A stretch of DNA of 64,000 bases. It comes from an uncultured Bacilli bacterium (lineage in GTDB: Bacteria; Bacillota_I; Bacilli_A; RF39; UBA660). The stretch spans positions 24,572 through 88,571 of the forward strand of contig CANQQV010000005.1 of assembly GCA_947626095.1 (NCBI GenBank), written 5' to 3'. Made by a program: the position numbers and the translations under genes. This document shows positions 30,221-40,426 of the stretch, piece by piece; position 1 is the first letter of the stretch, and every line of letters starts with the position of its first letter. A model generated the notes under the pieces. The model ran no database searches, had not been told where the DNA came from, and saw only the letters and a program-made list of their open reading frames with translations.

Positions 30221-32072
30221 ATTCCTTTTTTAAATAAACTGAAAGAATTGAAATATCAGCAGGATTTACACCACTAATTCGAATTGCTTGAGCTATTGTT
30301 TTAGGTCTTACTTCTTTTAGTTTTTGACGGGCTTCAGAAGCAATATTTTTAATCTTATCATAATCAATATCTTCAGGTATTTGTTTTTTTTCAAGTTTTA
30401 ACATTTTTTCAGCTTCTTTATAAGCTTTGGCAATATATCCTTCGTATTTTAAATTGATTTCGATTTGTTCTTTGATTTCGTCAGGATATGGTATTTCAAC
30501 TATTTCATTTAAAAAGTTCATTGTTATTTCTGGTCTTTTGATTAATTGTTCTAGGGTAATACCATTGTTAGGTACTTGGTAGTTATTAGTAATAAATTTA
30601 TTTTTGATTTCGTCAGTTAGTTTTAATTTAGTTTCTTTCATATAGTTAAGTAATTCGTTTATAGACTCTTCTTTAGTTTGTAAACGTTTTATTTGTTCTT
30701 CGTTTATTAGTCCGACCTCATAACCATATTTTCTTAAACGTAAATCAGCATTATCACTACGTAATAATAATCTAAATTCAGCACGGGAAGTTAGTAAACG
30801 GTACGGATCTCTAATTCCTTTAGTAATTAAATCATCGATTAAAACACCGATATAAGCATCAGATCTTTTTAAGACGAATGGTTCTTTTCCTTCTAGTTTT
30901 AGAGAAGCGTTGATACCTGCCATTAAACCTTGGCAAGCAGCTTCTTCATAACCACTTGTACCATTTATTTGACCAGCAGTATATAAGTTTTCAATTATTT
31001 TAGTTTCTAATGAAGCATTAAGTTGTGTTGGATAGATAGCATCATATTCAATGGCATAACCATATTTTAAGATTTTAGCATTTTCTAAGCCTGGTAAGCT
31101 ATGTACCATTAATTCTTGAATTTCAGGAGGCATAGAAGTTGAAAATCCTTGAAGATAGATATCGTCATAATAACGACTTTCTGGTTCTAAGAATAGTTGA
31201 TGTCTTTCTTTATCAGCAAAACGAGTTACTTTATCTTCAATTGATGGACAATATCTTGGACCAATACCTTTAATATCATCTAGTGCACCATACATACTTG
31301 ATTTATTTAAATTATCTCTAATTATTTGATGAGTTTTTTCTGTTGTATAAGTTAGATAGCATGGTTCTTGGTCTTCGATTTTATATGATGGTTCTAAATC
31401 AAAACTAAAGGTATGATATACACTATCACCTGGTTCTAATTTAGTTTTAGAAAAATCAATTGTTTTACGATCGATTCTTTGTGGTGTACCAGTTTTTAAT
31501 CTAATTATATTAAAGCCATATTCTTTTAATTTATCACTTAGGAAGGTAGATGGTTTTTCACCATGAGGACCTTTTCTTGTACGAGTATTTCCCACTAAAA
31601 TATCAGCTTTTAAATATGTACCAGTAGTTAGAATGACAGCTTGGGAAATAATTTTAGTACCATCTTCTAGGATAACTCCCCCTACTTTGCCATCTTCAAT
31701 TATTAGGTCTTCAACCATTCCTTCTTTAATATCTAAGTATTCTAATTTATTTAAAGTATTTAGCATTTCTTTTGGATAAGCTATTTTATCGCCTTGAGCA
31801 CGTAATGATTGGACAGCTGGACCTTTAGCACTATTTAGCATTTTGATTTGTAAATGGGTTTTATCAGCTACTTTACCCATAATGCCACCTAAGGCATCTA
31901 TTTCTCTAACTACTATACCTTTAGCACTACCACCAATATGAGGATTACAAGGCATATCAGCGATATTTTTTAAGTTACTGGTTATTAATAAAGTTTTATG
32001 TTTTTTAGTAGCGCAGGCATGAGCTGCTTCACAGCCGGCATGTCCCCCACCGACAACAATTATTTCATACAT
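30204..32072 (-). CDS. mnmG: tRNA U34 modification enzyme MnmG
   Basis: VGGGHAGCEAA, GPRYCPSIEDK, AGQINGTSGYEEAA. Confidence 0.99.
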   Translation of the reverse strand: MYEIIVVGGGHAGCEAAHACATKKHKTLLITSNLKNIADMPCNPHIGGSAKGIVVREIDALGGIMGKVADKTHLQIKMLNSAKGPAVQSLRAQGDKIAYPKEMLNTLNKLEYLDIKEGMVEDLIIEDGKVGGVILEDGTKIISQAVILTTGTYLKADILVGNTRTRKGPHGEKPSTFLSDKLKEYGFNIIRLKTGTPQRIDRKTIDFSKTKLEPGDSVYHTFSFDLEPSYKIEDQEPCYLTYTTEKTHQIIRDNLNKSSMYGALDDIKGIGPRYCPSIEDKVTRFADKERHQLFLEPESRYYDDIYLQGFSTSMPPEIQELMVHSLPGLENAKILKYGYAIEYDAIYPTQLNASLETKIIENLYTAGQINGTSGYEEAACQGLMAGINASLKLEGKEPFVLKRSDAYIGVLIDDLITKGIRDPYRLLTSRAEFRLLLRSDNADLRLRKYGYEVGLINEEQIKRLQTKEESINELLNYMKETKLKLTDEIKNKFITNNYQVPNNGITLEQLIKRPEITMNFLNEIVEIPYPDEIKEQIEINLKYEGYIAKAYKEAEKMLKLEKKQIPEDIDYDKIKNIASEARQKLKEVRPKTIAQAIRISGVNPADISILSVYLKKEYGKDE

Positions 32073-32090
32073 AGTTATTCACACCTCTTT

Positions 32091-33458
32091 TTATTTCCCA
32101 AGACAAAATCTACTAAACATTTCATCTAGTAATTCTTCTTCATAGGTAGTTCCATTAATCATACCTAGTTGTTCCCAAATATTTTTGATATCAAGTTCGA
32201 TCATATCTATTGGTTGGTTATCTTTTAAACCTTTTTCAATTTCTTCAATTGAAGTTAGACATTTTCTTAAGATACTTATACTACGACTATTACTTAGGTA
32301 TGTTGGGTCAGCACTTTCTAGTTTATTTAGGTTAAATAATTCAATTATTTTGTTTTTTAATTCGTCAATTCCTTGATTATCTTTAATACTCATGTTGATA
32401 AGGCGAGATTTATCAACATTTAATTTAGTTATATCTATTTTAGAAGCTAAATCACATTTATTTAATATAACAATATATTCTTTTTCTTTAATTTTAGTTA
32501 GTAATTCTTCGATATCTGGGGTTAGTTCTTCATTATTATTTAGAACTAATAATACTAAGTCAGCTTCATCAATTGTTTTTAAGCTTTTAGAAACACCGAT
32601 AGATTCTACTTTATCATCAGTTTTACGAATACCAGCTGTATCGATTATATTTAAAATTATGCCATTAATACTTATTTGACCTTCGACTATATCTCTAGTT
32701 GTACCAGCGATATCGGTAACAATGGCTTTATCTTCTTCTAGTAAAGCATTTAGTAAACTACTTTTACCGACGTTAGGACGACCAACGATGGATGTTTTAA
32801 TGCCTTCTTTAATTATTTGACCGTTTTTACTTTCTTCTAATATTTTATTAATTCTTTCTTTTAAGGATGTTATTTTAGGAATAAGTAAGTCGTTTGTTAT
32901 TATATCGACATCATCATATTCAGGATAATCGATATTAACGTTGATATTAGATATTATTTGAACTAAATCACTACGTAAGTTATTAATTAAATTTGAGACT
33001 TTACCAGTTACTGTATTAGTAGCTAGTTCTCTTTGAGTATCAGTTTTAGCATTGATTAAGTCCATTACACCTTCGGCTTCTAGTAAGTCGATACGGCCGT
33101 TTAGGAAAGCTCTTTTAGTAAATTCACCTGGTTCAGCTAGACGACAACCATTTGTAAGTAATAATTCTAGGACTTTATTAGTTGAGGCAATACCACCATG
33201 CGTGTTTATTTCAATAACATTTTCTCTAGTAAAAGTTTTAGGAGCTAACATAACGGATACTAAGACTTCATCAATTACTTTATTATCAGATGGATCGATT
33301 ATTTTACCATAGTTAATAGTATGAGTTGCTACTTTAGTTAGGTCTTTACCTTTAAATAGTTTATTTACTATTTCAACTGACTCATCACCACTAACTCTAA
33401 TGATAGCGATAGCCCCTACTCCTTGACTGGTAGCTATGGCACAGATTGTATCATTCAT
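32091..33458 (-). CDS. mnmE: tRNA modification GTPase MnmE
   Basis: GRPNVGKSS, GTTRD, DTAG, C-terminal FCLGK. Confidence 0.99.
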   Translation of the reverse strand: MNDTICAIATSQGVGAIAIIRVSGDESVEIVNKLFKGKDLTKVATHTINYGKIIDPSDNKVIDEVLVSVMLAPKTFTRENVIEINTHGGIASTNKVLELLLTNGCRLAEPGEFTKRAFLNGRIDLLEAEGVMDLINAKTDTQRELATNTVTGKVSNLINNLRSDLVQIISNINVNIDYPEYDDVDIITNDLLIPKITSLKERINKILEESKNGQIIKEGIKTSIVGRPNVGKSSLLNALLEEDKAIVTDIAGTTRDIVEGQISINGIILNIIDTAGIRKTDDKVESIGVSKSLKTIDEADLVLLVLNNNEELTPDIEELLTKIKEKEYIVILNKCDLASKIDITKLNVDKSRLINMSIKDNQGIDELKNKIIELFNLNKLESADPTYLSNSRSISILRKCLTSIEEIEKGLKDNQPIDMIELDIKNIWEQLGMINGTTYEEELLDEMFSRFCLGK

Positions 33459-33543
33459 ATTTTTAGCTCCTTTCGGCCTGTATTATAGCATACTTTAGGT
33501 ATTTGGGAAATGATTTTTATTATATATTAATTATAGCAAAATT

Positions 33544-33557
33544 ATTTCCCGGGAAAT
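33544..33557. promoter_or_regulatory. Noc-binding site (perfect)
   Basis: ATTTCCCGGGAAAT equals the B. subtilis NBS consensus. Confidence 0.85.
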
Positions 33558-33574
33558 AAAAAAGAAGAGTTACT

Positions 33575-34216
33575 TTACTCTTCTTCACCATTTTCTTCTG
33601 GCTCTTCAGTTTCGACATATCTAATAACAATATGACGATTTGGCTCTTCACCTTCACTAGTAGTTGATAGATTTTTGTATTTAGATAAGGCATTATGAAT
33701 TATTCTTCTTTCATAAGAGTTCATATTATCTAAACTAACATCTATTTTGGTTTTTAATACTTCACGAGCAATACGTTTAGCATTTCTTTCTAAATTAGAT
33801 ATTTTCTTTTCTTTATAGTTTTCAACATCTAATAAGATATATGGGTATGTACCAATTTCATTAAAAGCTATTTGACGTAGAACTGTTTGGATAGCCATTA
33901 ATGTTTGACCATTACGACCAATTAAAATATTATTTTTATCAGAATACATTTTAATGTTGATTTGTTCATCTCTAACATTTGTTTCGAATTGGCATTCGAT
34001 TCCCATATTTTTTAACATTTCAGCTAATTTTTCTTTTAAGAAATTAGCAACATCAGTTATTTTAACTACTTTGCAAATATAAGTTGTAGCTTTGAATAAT
34101 TTACCCTTTTTTTCTTCTTCTTTAATGAATACTTCATTTTCTGTAACATTTAATTCAGCTAAAGCTTTTTCTTTAGCTTCCTCTTTTGTTTTTCCTTCAA
34201 ATACTTCAATCTTCAT
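33575..34216 (-). CDS. jag: Jag/EloR (KhpB) RNA-binding protein
   Basis: Jag_N, KH (LIGRNGQTL), R3H (ERRIIH). Confidence 0.95.
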   Translation of the reverse strand: MKIEVFEGKTKEEAKEKALAELNVTENEVFIKEEEKKGKLFKATTYICKVVKITDVANFLKEKLAEMLKNMGIECQFETNVRDEQINIKMYSDKNNILIGRNGQTLMAIQTVLRQIAFNEIGTYPYILLDVENYKEKKISNLERNAKRIAREVLKTKIDVSLDNMNSYERRIIHNALSKYKNLSTTSEGEEPNRHIVIRYVETEEPEENGEEE

Positions 34217-34217
34217 A

Positions 34218-35156
34218 CTACTTCCTCTTCTCCATTAATTTCTTTATAACAAAATTTTGAATGACAGCAAAACCATTAGTTACGATCCAATATAAAGCAA
34301 TGGCAGTTGGTAAACTTAATGATGCTACTGAAACCATTAAAATCATAAAGATAAACATAAAATTAGTTTGTTGAGCTATTTCGGAGTTTTTATCTTGACT
34401 GGCCATTGATATCTTAAATGATAAGAACGTTGTTAATATAATTAAGATTATCAACAATATATATAAATAATTATGTTGCATAATACCAGTTACTGGAGTC
34501 ATACCTAAGTTCATTGTTAAGAATTTCCCTTCGAATATTGCTGGTACTCTATTAATTGCTTCTAAGAAAGCAAAGAATAACGGCAACTGAATGAAGGCTA
34601 GTAAACAACCACTAACAGGATTTATTTCATATTTTTTATATACTAACATTGTTTCTTGGCTCTTAGCCATTAATGATTCATTATCTGTTTTATTACGATA
34701 TTTTCTTTCAATACGTGCTATTTCTGGTTGAGCTTTTTTCATATTTTCTGATTGTTTGACGGTTTTAATTTGAATTGGTAACATAATTAATCTTATTAAT
34801 AAACCGATTATCATTACTGATATACCCATATTCTTAACTAAGTAACCAAATTTTAAGATGATATAAGCTAATGGTTTAATAAAGATTGATTCCCATAAAC
34901 CTTGGTATTTTAATTTGCCTGGCGTAAAATTTTTACATGTTGGTAAATCTTCTAAACTTACTTTTAAATTATCATCATATTTCTCATAAGTTTTTAATAA
35001 ATCTTCATCACTTGGTTTACATAATATGTTAGAAGTAAGAGTTTGACCAGTTTTTTCATTGGTTACAGCTTCCTTACCATCTTTTAAAGTTTGGGTACAT
35101 CCGGTTAATAATATTAGTAATAATGCAATAATAAATATTTTTGTTTTCTTTTTCAC
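34218..35156 (-). CDS. yidC: Membrane protein insertase YidC/SpoIIIJ
   Basis: Lipobox LTGC, GCLLAFIQLP, ALYW. Confidence 0.95.
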   Translation of the reverse strand: MKKKTKIFIIALLLILLTGCTQTLKDGKEAVTNEKTGQTLTSNILCKPSDEDLLKTYEKYDDNLKVSLEDLPTCKNFTPGKLKYQGLWESIFIKPLAYIILKFGYLVKNMGISVMIIGLLIRLIMLPIQIKTVKQSENMKKAQPEIARIERKYRNKTDNESLMAKSQETMLVYKKYEINPVSGCLLAFIQLPLFFAFLEAINRVPAIFEGKFLTMNLGMTPVTGIMQHNYLYILLIILIILTTFLSFKISMASQDKNSEIAQQTNFMFIFMILMVSVASLSLPTAIALYWIVTNGFAVIQNFVIKKLMEKRK

Positions 35157-35166
35157 TGTATCACCC

Positions 35167-35487
35167 TTATTGATTTAATAAATCTATTAAAGCTTGTTCT
35201 AAGATTGCATATTTTACTTCTGAACAGCTCCTTCTTATCATTATAATATAATTATGGTTATTTTTAAATAAATTTCTGTTTTTATCAATAATAGATCTTA
35301 CTTGTCTTTTTAATTTATTTCGTAAATGTGCTTTACCGACTTTATTACTAATAGCGATACCAAAATTTATTTCTGGGTCTTCTTTTTTAGAACTATATAA
35401 GACAAAATATGAATTTTTTATATATTTACCATTCTTTATTATATTATTAAATAATTTTTGGTCTTTGATGGTTTCAGCCCTTTTCAT
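35167..35487 (-). CDS. rnpA: RNase P protein
   Basis: FGIAISNKVGKAHLRNKLKRQVR. Confidence 0.95.
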   Translation of the reverse strand: MKRAETIKDQKLFNNIIKNGKYIKNSYFVLYSSKKEDPEINFGIAISNKVGKAHLRNKLKRQVRSIIDKNRNLFKNNHNYIIMIRRSCSEVKYAILEQALIDLLNQ

Positions 35488-35534
35488 ATTCTTTCATCCC
35501 TTTTAATACATAAAAAACCACTTAAGATAGTGGC

Positions 35535-35660
35535 TTATTTAACTACGACTTTTTTACGTCCCTTTTTTCTTCTTGAATTTAGAATATTACTTTCTTTTCT
35601 AGCAAAGAATCCATGTTTTTTTGCTCTTTTTCTATTATTTGGTTGATAAGTTCTTTTCAT
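35535..35660 (-). CDS. rpmH: 50S ribosomal protein L34 (41 aa)
   Basis: Manual translation [41 protein letters not shown]; GGAGGTG RBS. Confidence 0.97.
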   Translation of the reverse strand: MKRTYQPNNRKRAKKHGFFARKESNILNSRRKKGRKKVVVK

Positions 35661-35759
35661 GTATTACACCTCCACATCTAAATAAGCTCCCTTATTATAA
35701 TATTAAGATTTAAAAATTGTCAAGAAATATCGGGCTATAGTTCAATTTTGGCATGAATT

Positions 35760-35945
35760 AGACATTTATCAACAGCATCCTGTGAATATGTGGATAACTT
35801 TTTGCACATGTTTATTTGAAATTTGTGGATAATGTGGATAAATGGCTTATTCTTAGGTATTTTGTGTCGTTTTTTGTCGATAAGCTTGTTTATATATTTG
35901 TGGATGAAAAAATTTTTAAAAATATTGCTTTTATTTTTCCACAGG
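35760..35945. other. oriC, upstream DnaA-box region
   Basis: TGTGGATAA at 35789, 35824, 35833; near matches at 35766, 35781, 35899, 35935; strand switch of genes. Confidence 0.9.
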
Positions 35946-35982
35946 TTGAGTTAAAATATTTGTACATAAATGGCAAAGTGGG

Positions 35983-37353
35983 GTGATGGGATTGAACTCA
36001 GAAGAGATCTGGGCACATTTTTTAGATATAATTAAAGAAAAACTTAACCCAGTATCTTTTAGTACATGGTTTAGAGATACTAAATTACATGAAATTACTG
36101 ATTCAAAGATAGTATTACAAGTACCAATGCCTTTACACAAAAAATTTTTATTATCAAATTATTATGATTTAATGGATGAGGCTTTTTCTAAAATTACAGG
36201 GGTAAAAAGGGATATAGAATGTTTATTGGAAGAAGAAATTGAAGCTCCAGTTACAGAATTAATTAATGAGGTTGTTAATGAACAAGTAGATATTCACAAT
36301 GATGATACTCCTTTTGAAACTAATTTAAAACCAAGTTTAAATTTTGATAATTTTGTAGTAGGGGATACGAATAAATTTGCAAGAACAGCGGCTTTTGCCG
36401 TAGCTGAGAATCCTGGAGTTCAATTCAATCCGTTATTTATATATGGAAAAAGTGGTATTGGAAAAACTCACTTAATGCATGCAATCGGTAACTACATTAC
36501 GGAACATCATAAAGAACTTAAAGTATTATATGCAACTAGTGATGATTTTAGAAAAGATTATACTGGTAGTGATAGTAGTGATAATAAAGAATACTTTAAT
36601 AAATTTAAGAATAAATATCGTAATGTTGATGTTTTAATTATTGATGATATTCAATATTTAGTAGATGCAAAGAAAACCCAAGAAGAATTCTTTCATACTT
36701 TTAATTATTTACATGATAATAATAAACAGATTATTATAAGTTCTGATAGATCACCTGATGATTTAAAATTATTAGAGGATAGACTTAGAAGTAGATTTGC
36801 TTGGGGATTACCAGTTGATATTTATCCACCTGATTTTGACTTAAGATGTCGTATTATAAAAGATAAAATTAATAGAATACCTAATTTAGCGAATAAAATT
36901 ACTGATGAAGCAGTAGAATTTATAGCTAATAATTGTGATACTGATGTAAGAAGTATTGAAGGAGTAATAAATAGGTTAGTTGCTTATACGGCAATCTTTG
37001 TACCTAATAAATTAGATTTAGAATTTACAAACGAAGCACTAAAAGATTATTTAACAAAGAATCCTTATATGACTAATGATATTGTAAGTATTCAAAAGGC
37101 GGTAGCTGATTATTATAATATTACAGTTGAAGTATTAAAAGGAAAGAAAAGAAGTAAAGATATAGCTTATGCTAGAATGTTAGCAATGTACTTATGTCGT
37201 ATGATGACAGATCAATCTTTTCCAAGAATTGGCTTAGAATTTGGTGGTAAAGATCATTCAACAGTAATACATGCTGTTAATACAATTGAAGAAGACTTAA
37301 AAAATAATAGTCAATTAAAAGAAATTATTAATGAAATTAAATCTAAATTATAA
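35983..37353 (+). CDS. dnaA: Chromosomal replication initiator DnaA
   Basis: NPLFIYGKSGIGKTHL, LIIDDIQ, GGKDHSTVIHA. Confidence 0.99.
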   Translation: MMGLNSEEIWAHFLDIIKEKLNPVSFSTWFRDTKLHEITDSKIVLQVPMPLHKKFLLSNYYDLMDEAFSKITGVKRDIECLLEEEIEAPVTELINEVVNEQVDIHNDDTPFETNLKPSLNFDNFVVGDTNKFARTAAFAVAENPGVQFNPLFIYGKSGIGKTHLMHAIGNYITEHHKELKVLYATSDDFRKDYTGSDSSDNKEYFNKFKNKYRNVDVLIIDDIQYLVDAKKTQEEFFHTFNYLHDNNKQIIISSDRSPDDLKLLEDRLRSRFAWGLPVDIYPPDFDLRCRIIKDKINRIPNLANKITDEAVEFIANNCDTDVRSIEGVINRLVAYTAIFVPNKLDLEFTNEALKDYLTKNPYMTNDIVSIQKAVADYYNITVEVLKGKKRSKDIAYARMLAMYLCRMMTDQSFPRIGLEFGGKDHSTVIHAVNTIEEDLKNNSQLKEIINEIKSKL

Positions 37354-37379
37354 GTTTGTTAATTAATTGTTAGTAAAAG

Positions 37380-37475
37380 AAGAATTATTAACAGGAAAAA
37401 ATGAACGTTTTTTATAGATAATTGTGAGTAAAATCGTAGTTATTCACATTATTCACGTTGTAATAATAATAAAAC
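37380..37475. other. oriC, dnaA-dnaN unwinding region
   Basis: TTATTAACA 37385, tandem TTATTCACA/TTATTCACG 37440-37457, then TAA x4 (DnaA-trio-like) and an A-rich tract. Confidence 0.85.
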
Positions 37476-37507
37476 TATAAAAAAATAAAAAGAAAGAAGG
37501 AAAATAA

Positions 37508-38626
37508 ATGAAATTTACGATTGAAAAAAATATTTTATTAGAAAATTTATCAAACGTTGTTAAAGCTATTTCTACTAAAAATATTATTCCAATATTAAAT
37601 GGTGTTAAATTTGAATTAAATGATGAAGGTTTATTTTTAACAGCTAGTGATAGTGAATTAACAATAAGAGCATTTATTGATAAGAAATCGATTACTAATG
37701 TAGAAAAAGAAGGATCTATAATAATTCAAAGTAAATATATATTAGATATAATAAGAAAGCTACCTTCAGATTTAATTAACTTTGAATTAATGGATGGTTT
37801 AAAAATAAAGATATCATCTGATAATAGTCAATATGATTTAAATTGTTTAGATCCTAAAGAATATCCAAGTTTAAAATTAGAAGAAGTAGAAAAACCTATA
37901 ATTATTAAGGGAGATACATTTAAAACAATTATCAGTCAAACAGCTTTTGCAATATCTACACAAGAATTAAGACCTTTACTTACAGGACTTAACTTTAAAA
38001 TAGTAGGGGACTTACTTGAATGTATTGCAACTGACTCTTACCGTCTTGCTAAAAAGAATATTACTTTAGATGTACCTAGTGAAGAAGAGATTAATATTGT
38101 TATACCTGGTAAGAATATAATGGAATTAGATAAAATAATAAATGAAGATGAAGATGTAGAAATGCATGTCTTTACTAATAAAGTATTATTTAAATATAAA
38201 AATATAATCTTTCAAAGTAATCTTCTTTCTGGAACATATCCTAATACTTCTAATTTAATACCTAATGATTTTGCCATTATTGTTAATACTAAATTAGATA
38301 ATTATTATAATGCTATTGATAGAGCAGCTTTACTTACACAAAATAAGGATAAAAATATTGTTAAAATGAGAATAAAAGGCAACCAAATGATTATTAACTC
38401 TTATGCATCAGAAATAGGTAAAGTAGAAGAAAAACTTGATATTGAAACGGCAGCTGATGCTAATATAGATATTTCATTTAGTGCTAAATATATGTTAGAT
38501 GCTTTAAAAACAATGAAAGATGAAGAAATATTAATTTTACTTAATGGGGAAGTAAAACCAATTGTTATTAAATCAGTATCTGATGAATCTTTAATTCAAT
38601 TAATTTTACCTATTAAAACATTTTAA
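37508..38626 (+). CDS. dnaN: DNA polymerase III beta clamp
   Basis: RPLLTG, ATDSYRLA, QLILPI. Confidence 0.99.
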   Translation: MKFTIEKNILLENLSNVVKAISTKNIIPILNGVKFELNDEGLFLTASDSELTIRAFIDKKSITNVEKEGSIIIQSKYILDIIRKLPSDLINFELMDGLKIKISSDNSQYDLNCLDPKEYPSLKLEEVEKPIIIKGDTFKTIISQTAFAISTQELRPLLTGLNFKIVGDLLECIATDSYRLAKKNITLDVPSEEEINIVIPGKNIMELDKIINEDEDVEMHVFTNKVLFKYKNIIFQSNLLSGTYPNTSNLIPNDFAIIVNTKLDNYYNAIDRAALLTQNKDKNIVKMRIKGNQMIINSYASEIGKVEEKLDIETAADANIDISFSAKYMLDALKTMKDEEILILLNGEVKPIVIKSVSDESLIQLILPIKTF

Positions 38627-38640
38627 TTAAGAGAAAAATT

Positions 38641-38673
38641 AAATCACTTTCTGTAAAAGAGAGTGATTTTTTT
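38641..38673 (+). terminator. Terminator after dnaN
   Basis: AAATCACTTTC...GAGAGTGATTTTTTT. Confidence 0.75.
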
Positions 38674-38698
38674 GTGAAATAAAAAATTTTTGTAATTA

Positions 38699-38732
38699 AT
38701 CGACAGAATGTGACAAAATTCGACATTATAAT
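38699..38732. promoter_or_regulatory. Three 10-bp-phased Spo0A-like boxes and -10 element upstream of comK
   Basis: ATCGACA 38699, TGTGACA 38709, TTCGACA 38719 (reverse complement TGTCGAA), TATAAT 38727. Confidence 0.6.
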
Positions 38733-38776
38733 AGAGTATAAGGTTGGTAAATTTTGGAAAGAGGGAGGTTTTGGAT

Positions 38777-39229
38777 ATGGATTCTTATGAAATTAATAAG
38801 AATACAGTGGCTTTAGTACCAAAAGATGATCATCATACAGTAGTATATGAAGTTGAAGATTCTTTTACTGTTGATAAACCAGTTTTAAAGATAGTAGAAG
38901 AAAGTTGTGAATATTTTGGTAGTTCATTAGAAGGAAGACAGATAGGAACTTCTAAATTAGTTGGTTTTACTCATAAAGTACCAGTTATTATTGAAGAAAC
39001 ATTTAATCTAATCTTTTTTCCAACGTTATCACCAAAGAATAAAGAATGTTCATGGTTATCTTATGAACATATTTATAAGCCAAATAAGTTTAAAGATAAA
39101 ACGATTATTGAGCTTAAAAATGGGAAAAAGTTACTAGTTGATGTATCGTCAGCGATAATAGATAATCAACTTTATCGTTGTTCAAGATTAAAAGATACAT
39201 TACAAATGCGAAAAATTGCGAAAAAATGA
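38777..39229 (+). CDS. comK: ComK-family competence transcription factor
   Basis: YEINKNT, SCEYFGSSLEGR, HKVPVII, FFPTLSP...CSW; GGGAGG RBS. Confidence 0.88.
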   Translation: MDSYEINKNTVALVPKDDHHTVVYEVEDSFTVDKPVLKIVEESCEYFGSSLEGRQIGTSKLVGFTHKVPVIIEETFNLIFFPTLSPKNKECSWLSYEHIYKPNKFKDKTIIELKNGKKLLVDVSSAIIDNQLYRCSRLKDTLQMRKIAKK

Positions 39230-39231
39230 TT

Positions 39232-39257
39232 AAAAAGCTACTAAAAGGTAGCTTTTT
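39232..39257 (+). terminator. Terminator after comK
   Basis: AAAAAGCTAC-TAAAAG-GTAGCTTTTT. Confidence 0.75.
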
Positions 39258-39334
39258 GTGTTATAATTTATTTGAGGTATGGGAGTACTCAAAAAATACT
39301 TTTGTTAATCTATGGTCGTAAAAGAGGCTAAAAA

Positions 39335-40423
39335 ATGAAGATACAACATTTGAGATTATTAAATTTTAGAAATTATGAAAAAATGGAAATTAGTTTTGAT
39401 CCTAGTTATAACATAATATATGGTAATAATGGTTCAGGTAAGACTAATTTAGTAGAAAGTATTTATGTGCTTGCACTTACAAAGTCTTTTAGGGGTTCTG
39501 TTGATAAAGTATTAATTATGAACAACAAAGATGTTTGTCGAGTAGAGGGGACAATTGCCGAAAAATACACTAATGATTATAAAATAATAATCAAAGATGG
39601 GGGAAAAAAAGTAAAAATAAATAATACTAAAGTAGATAAATTAAGTGATTATATATCGAAAGTTAGTGTTGTACTCTTTAATCCTGATGATTTAAGATTT
39701 ATAAAGGATTCACCGACAGTAAGAAGAAAAGCTATTAATTTAGAAATATCGCAAATAAATAATAGTTATCTTAAAAATTTAAATAATTATAATAAGTTAT
39801 TAAAACAAAGAAATACTTATTTAAAAACAATGAATATAAATGCTAATAGTTCTAGTGATTATTTAGAAATATTAACAGGTAAATTAATTGATTTAGGTGA
39901 AAAAATTTATTTATCGAGAAAAAAATATATAGATTTATTAAATGATAAAATAGGGGAGTTTTATAAAAAGATATGTAATATTTCTGATTTAAACTTAGAA
40001 TATATTTCAGATTTTAATAATTTTGATAAAGAAAAGATATTAAAGAAATATAAAGAATGTTTAAATAGAGATATTATCTTAGGTAAAACGACATTTGGAG
40101 TTCATCATGATGATATTAAATTTAAGTTTAAAGGATTTAATATTAGAGATTATGGATCTGAAGGTCAACAAAAGAATGCGATTATAGCTTATAAAATGGC
40201 TGAATTAGAGATTTTTTATCAAATAAGGGATGATTATCCAATTTTAATATTAGATGATTTATTTAGCGAATTAGATAGGTTTAAAATAAATAATATTTTG
40301 TCATTAATAAATGAAAATGTTCAGACATTTATAACAACGACTGAGATTGATAAAATAAATAGTGATATTTTACAAAAAAGTAAGTTGTTTGAAATAAATG
40401 ATGGTGTTGTGAGGGAGGAATAA
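39335..40423 (+). CDS. recF: RecF
   Basis: NFRNY, GNNGSGKTN, GSEGQQK, LDDLFSELD. Confidence 0.97.
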   Translation: MKIQHLRLLNFRNYEKMEISFDPSYNIIYGNNGSGKTNLVESIYVLALTKSFRGSVDKVLIMNNKDVCRVEGTIAEKYTNDYKIIIKDGGKKVKINNTKVDKLSDYISKVSVVLFNPDDLRFIKDSPTVRRKAINLEISQINNSYLKNLNNYNKLLKQRNTYLKTMNINANSSSDYLEILTGKLIDLGEKIYLSRKKYIDLLNDKIGEFYKKICNISDLNLEYISDFNNFDKEKILKKYKECLNRDIILGKTTFGVHHDDIKFKFKGFNIRDYGSEGQQKNAIIAYKMAELEIFYQIRDDYPILILDDLFSELDRFKINNILSLINENVQTFITTTEIDKINSDILQKSKLFEINDGVVREE

Positions 40424-40426
40424 TAT

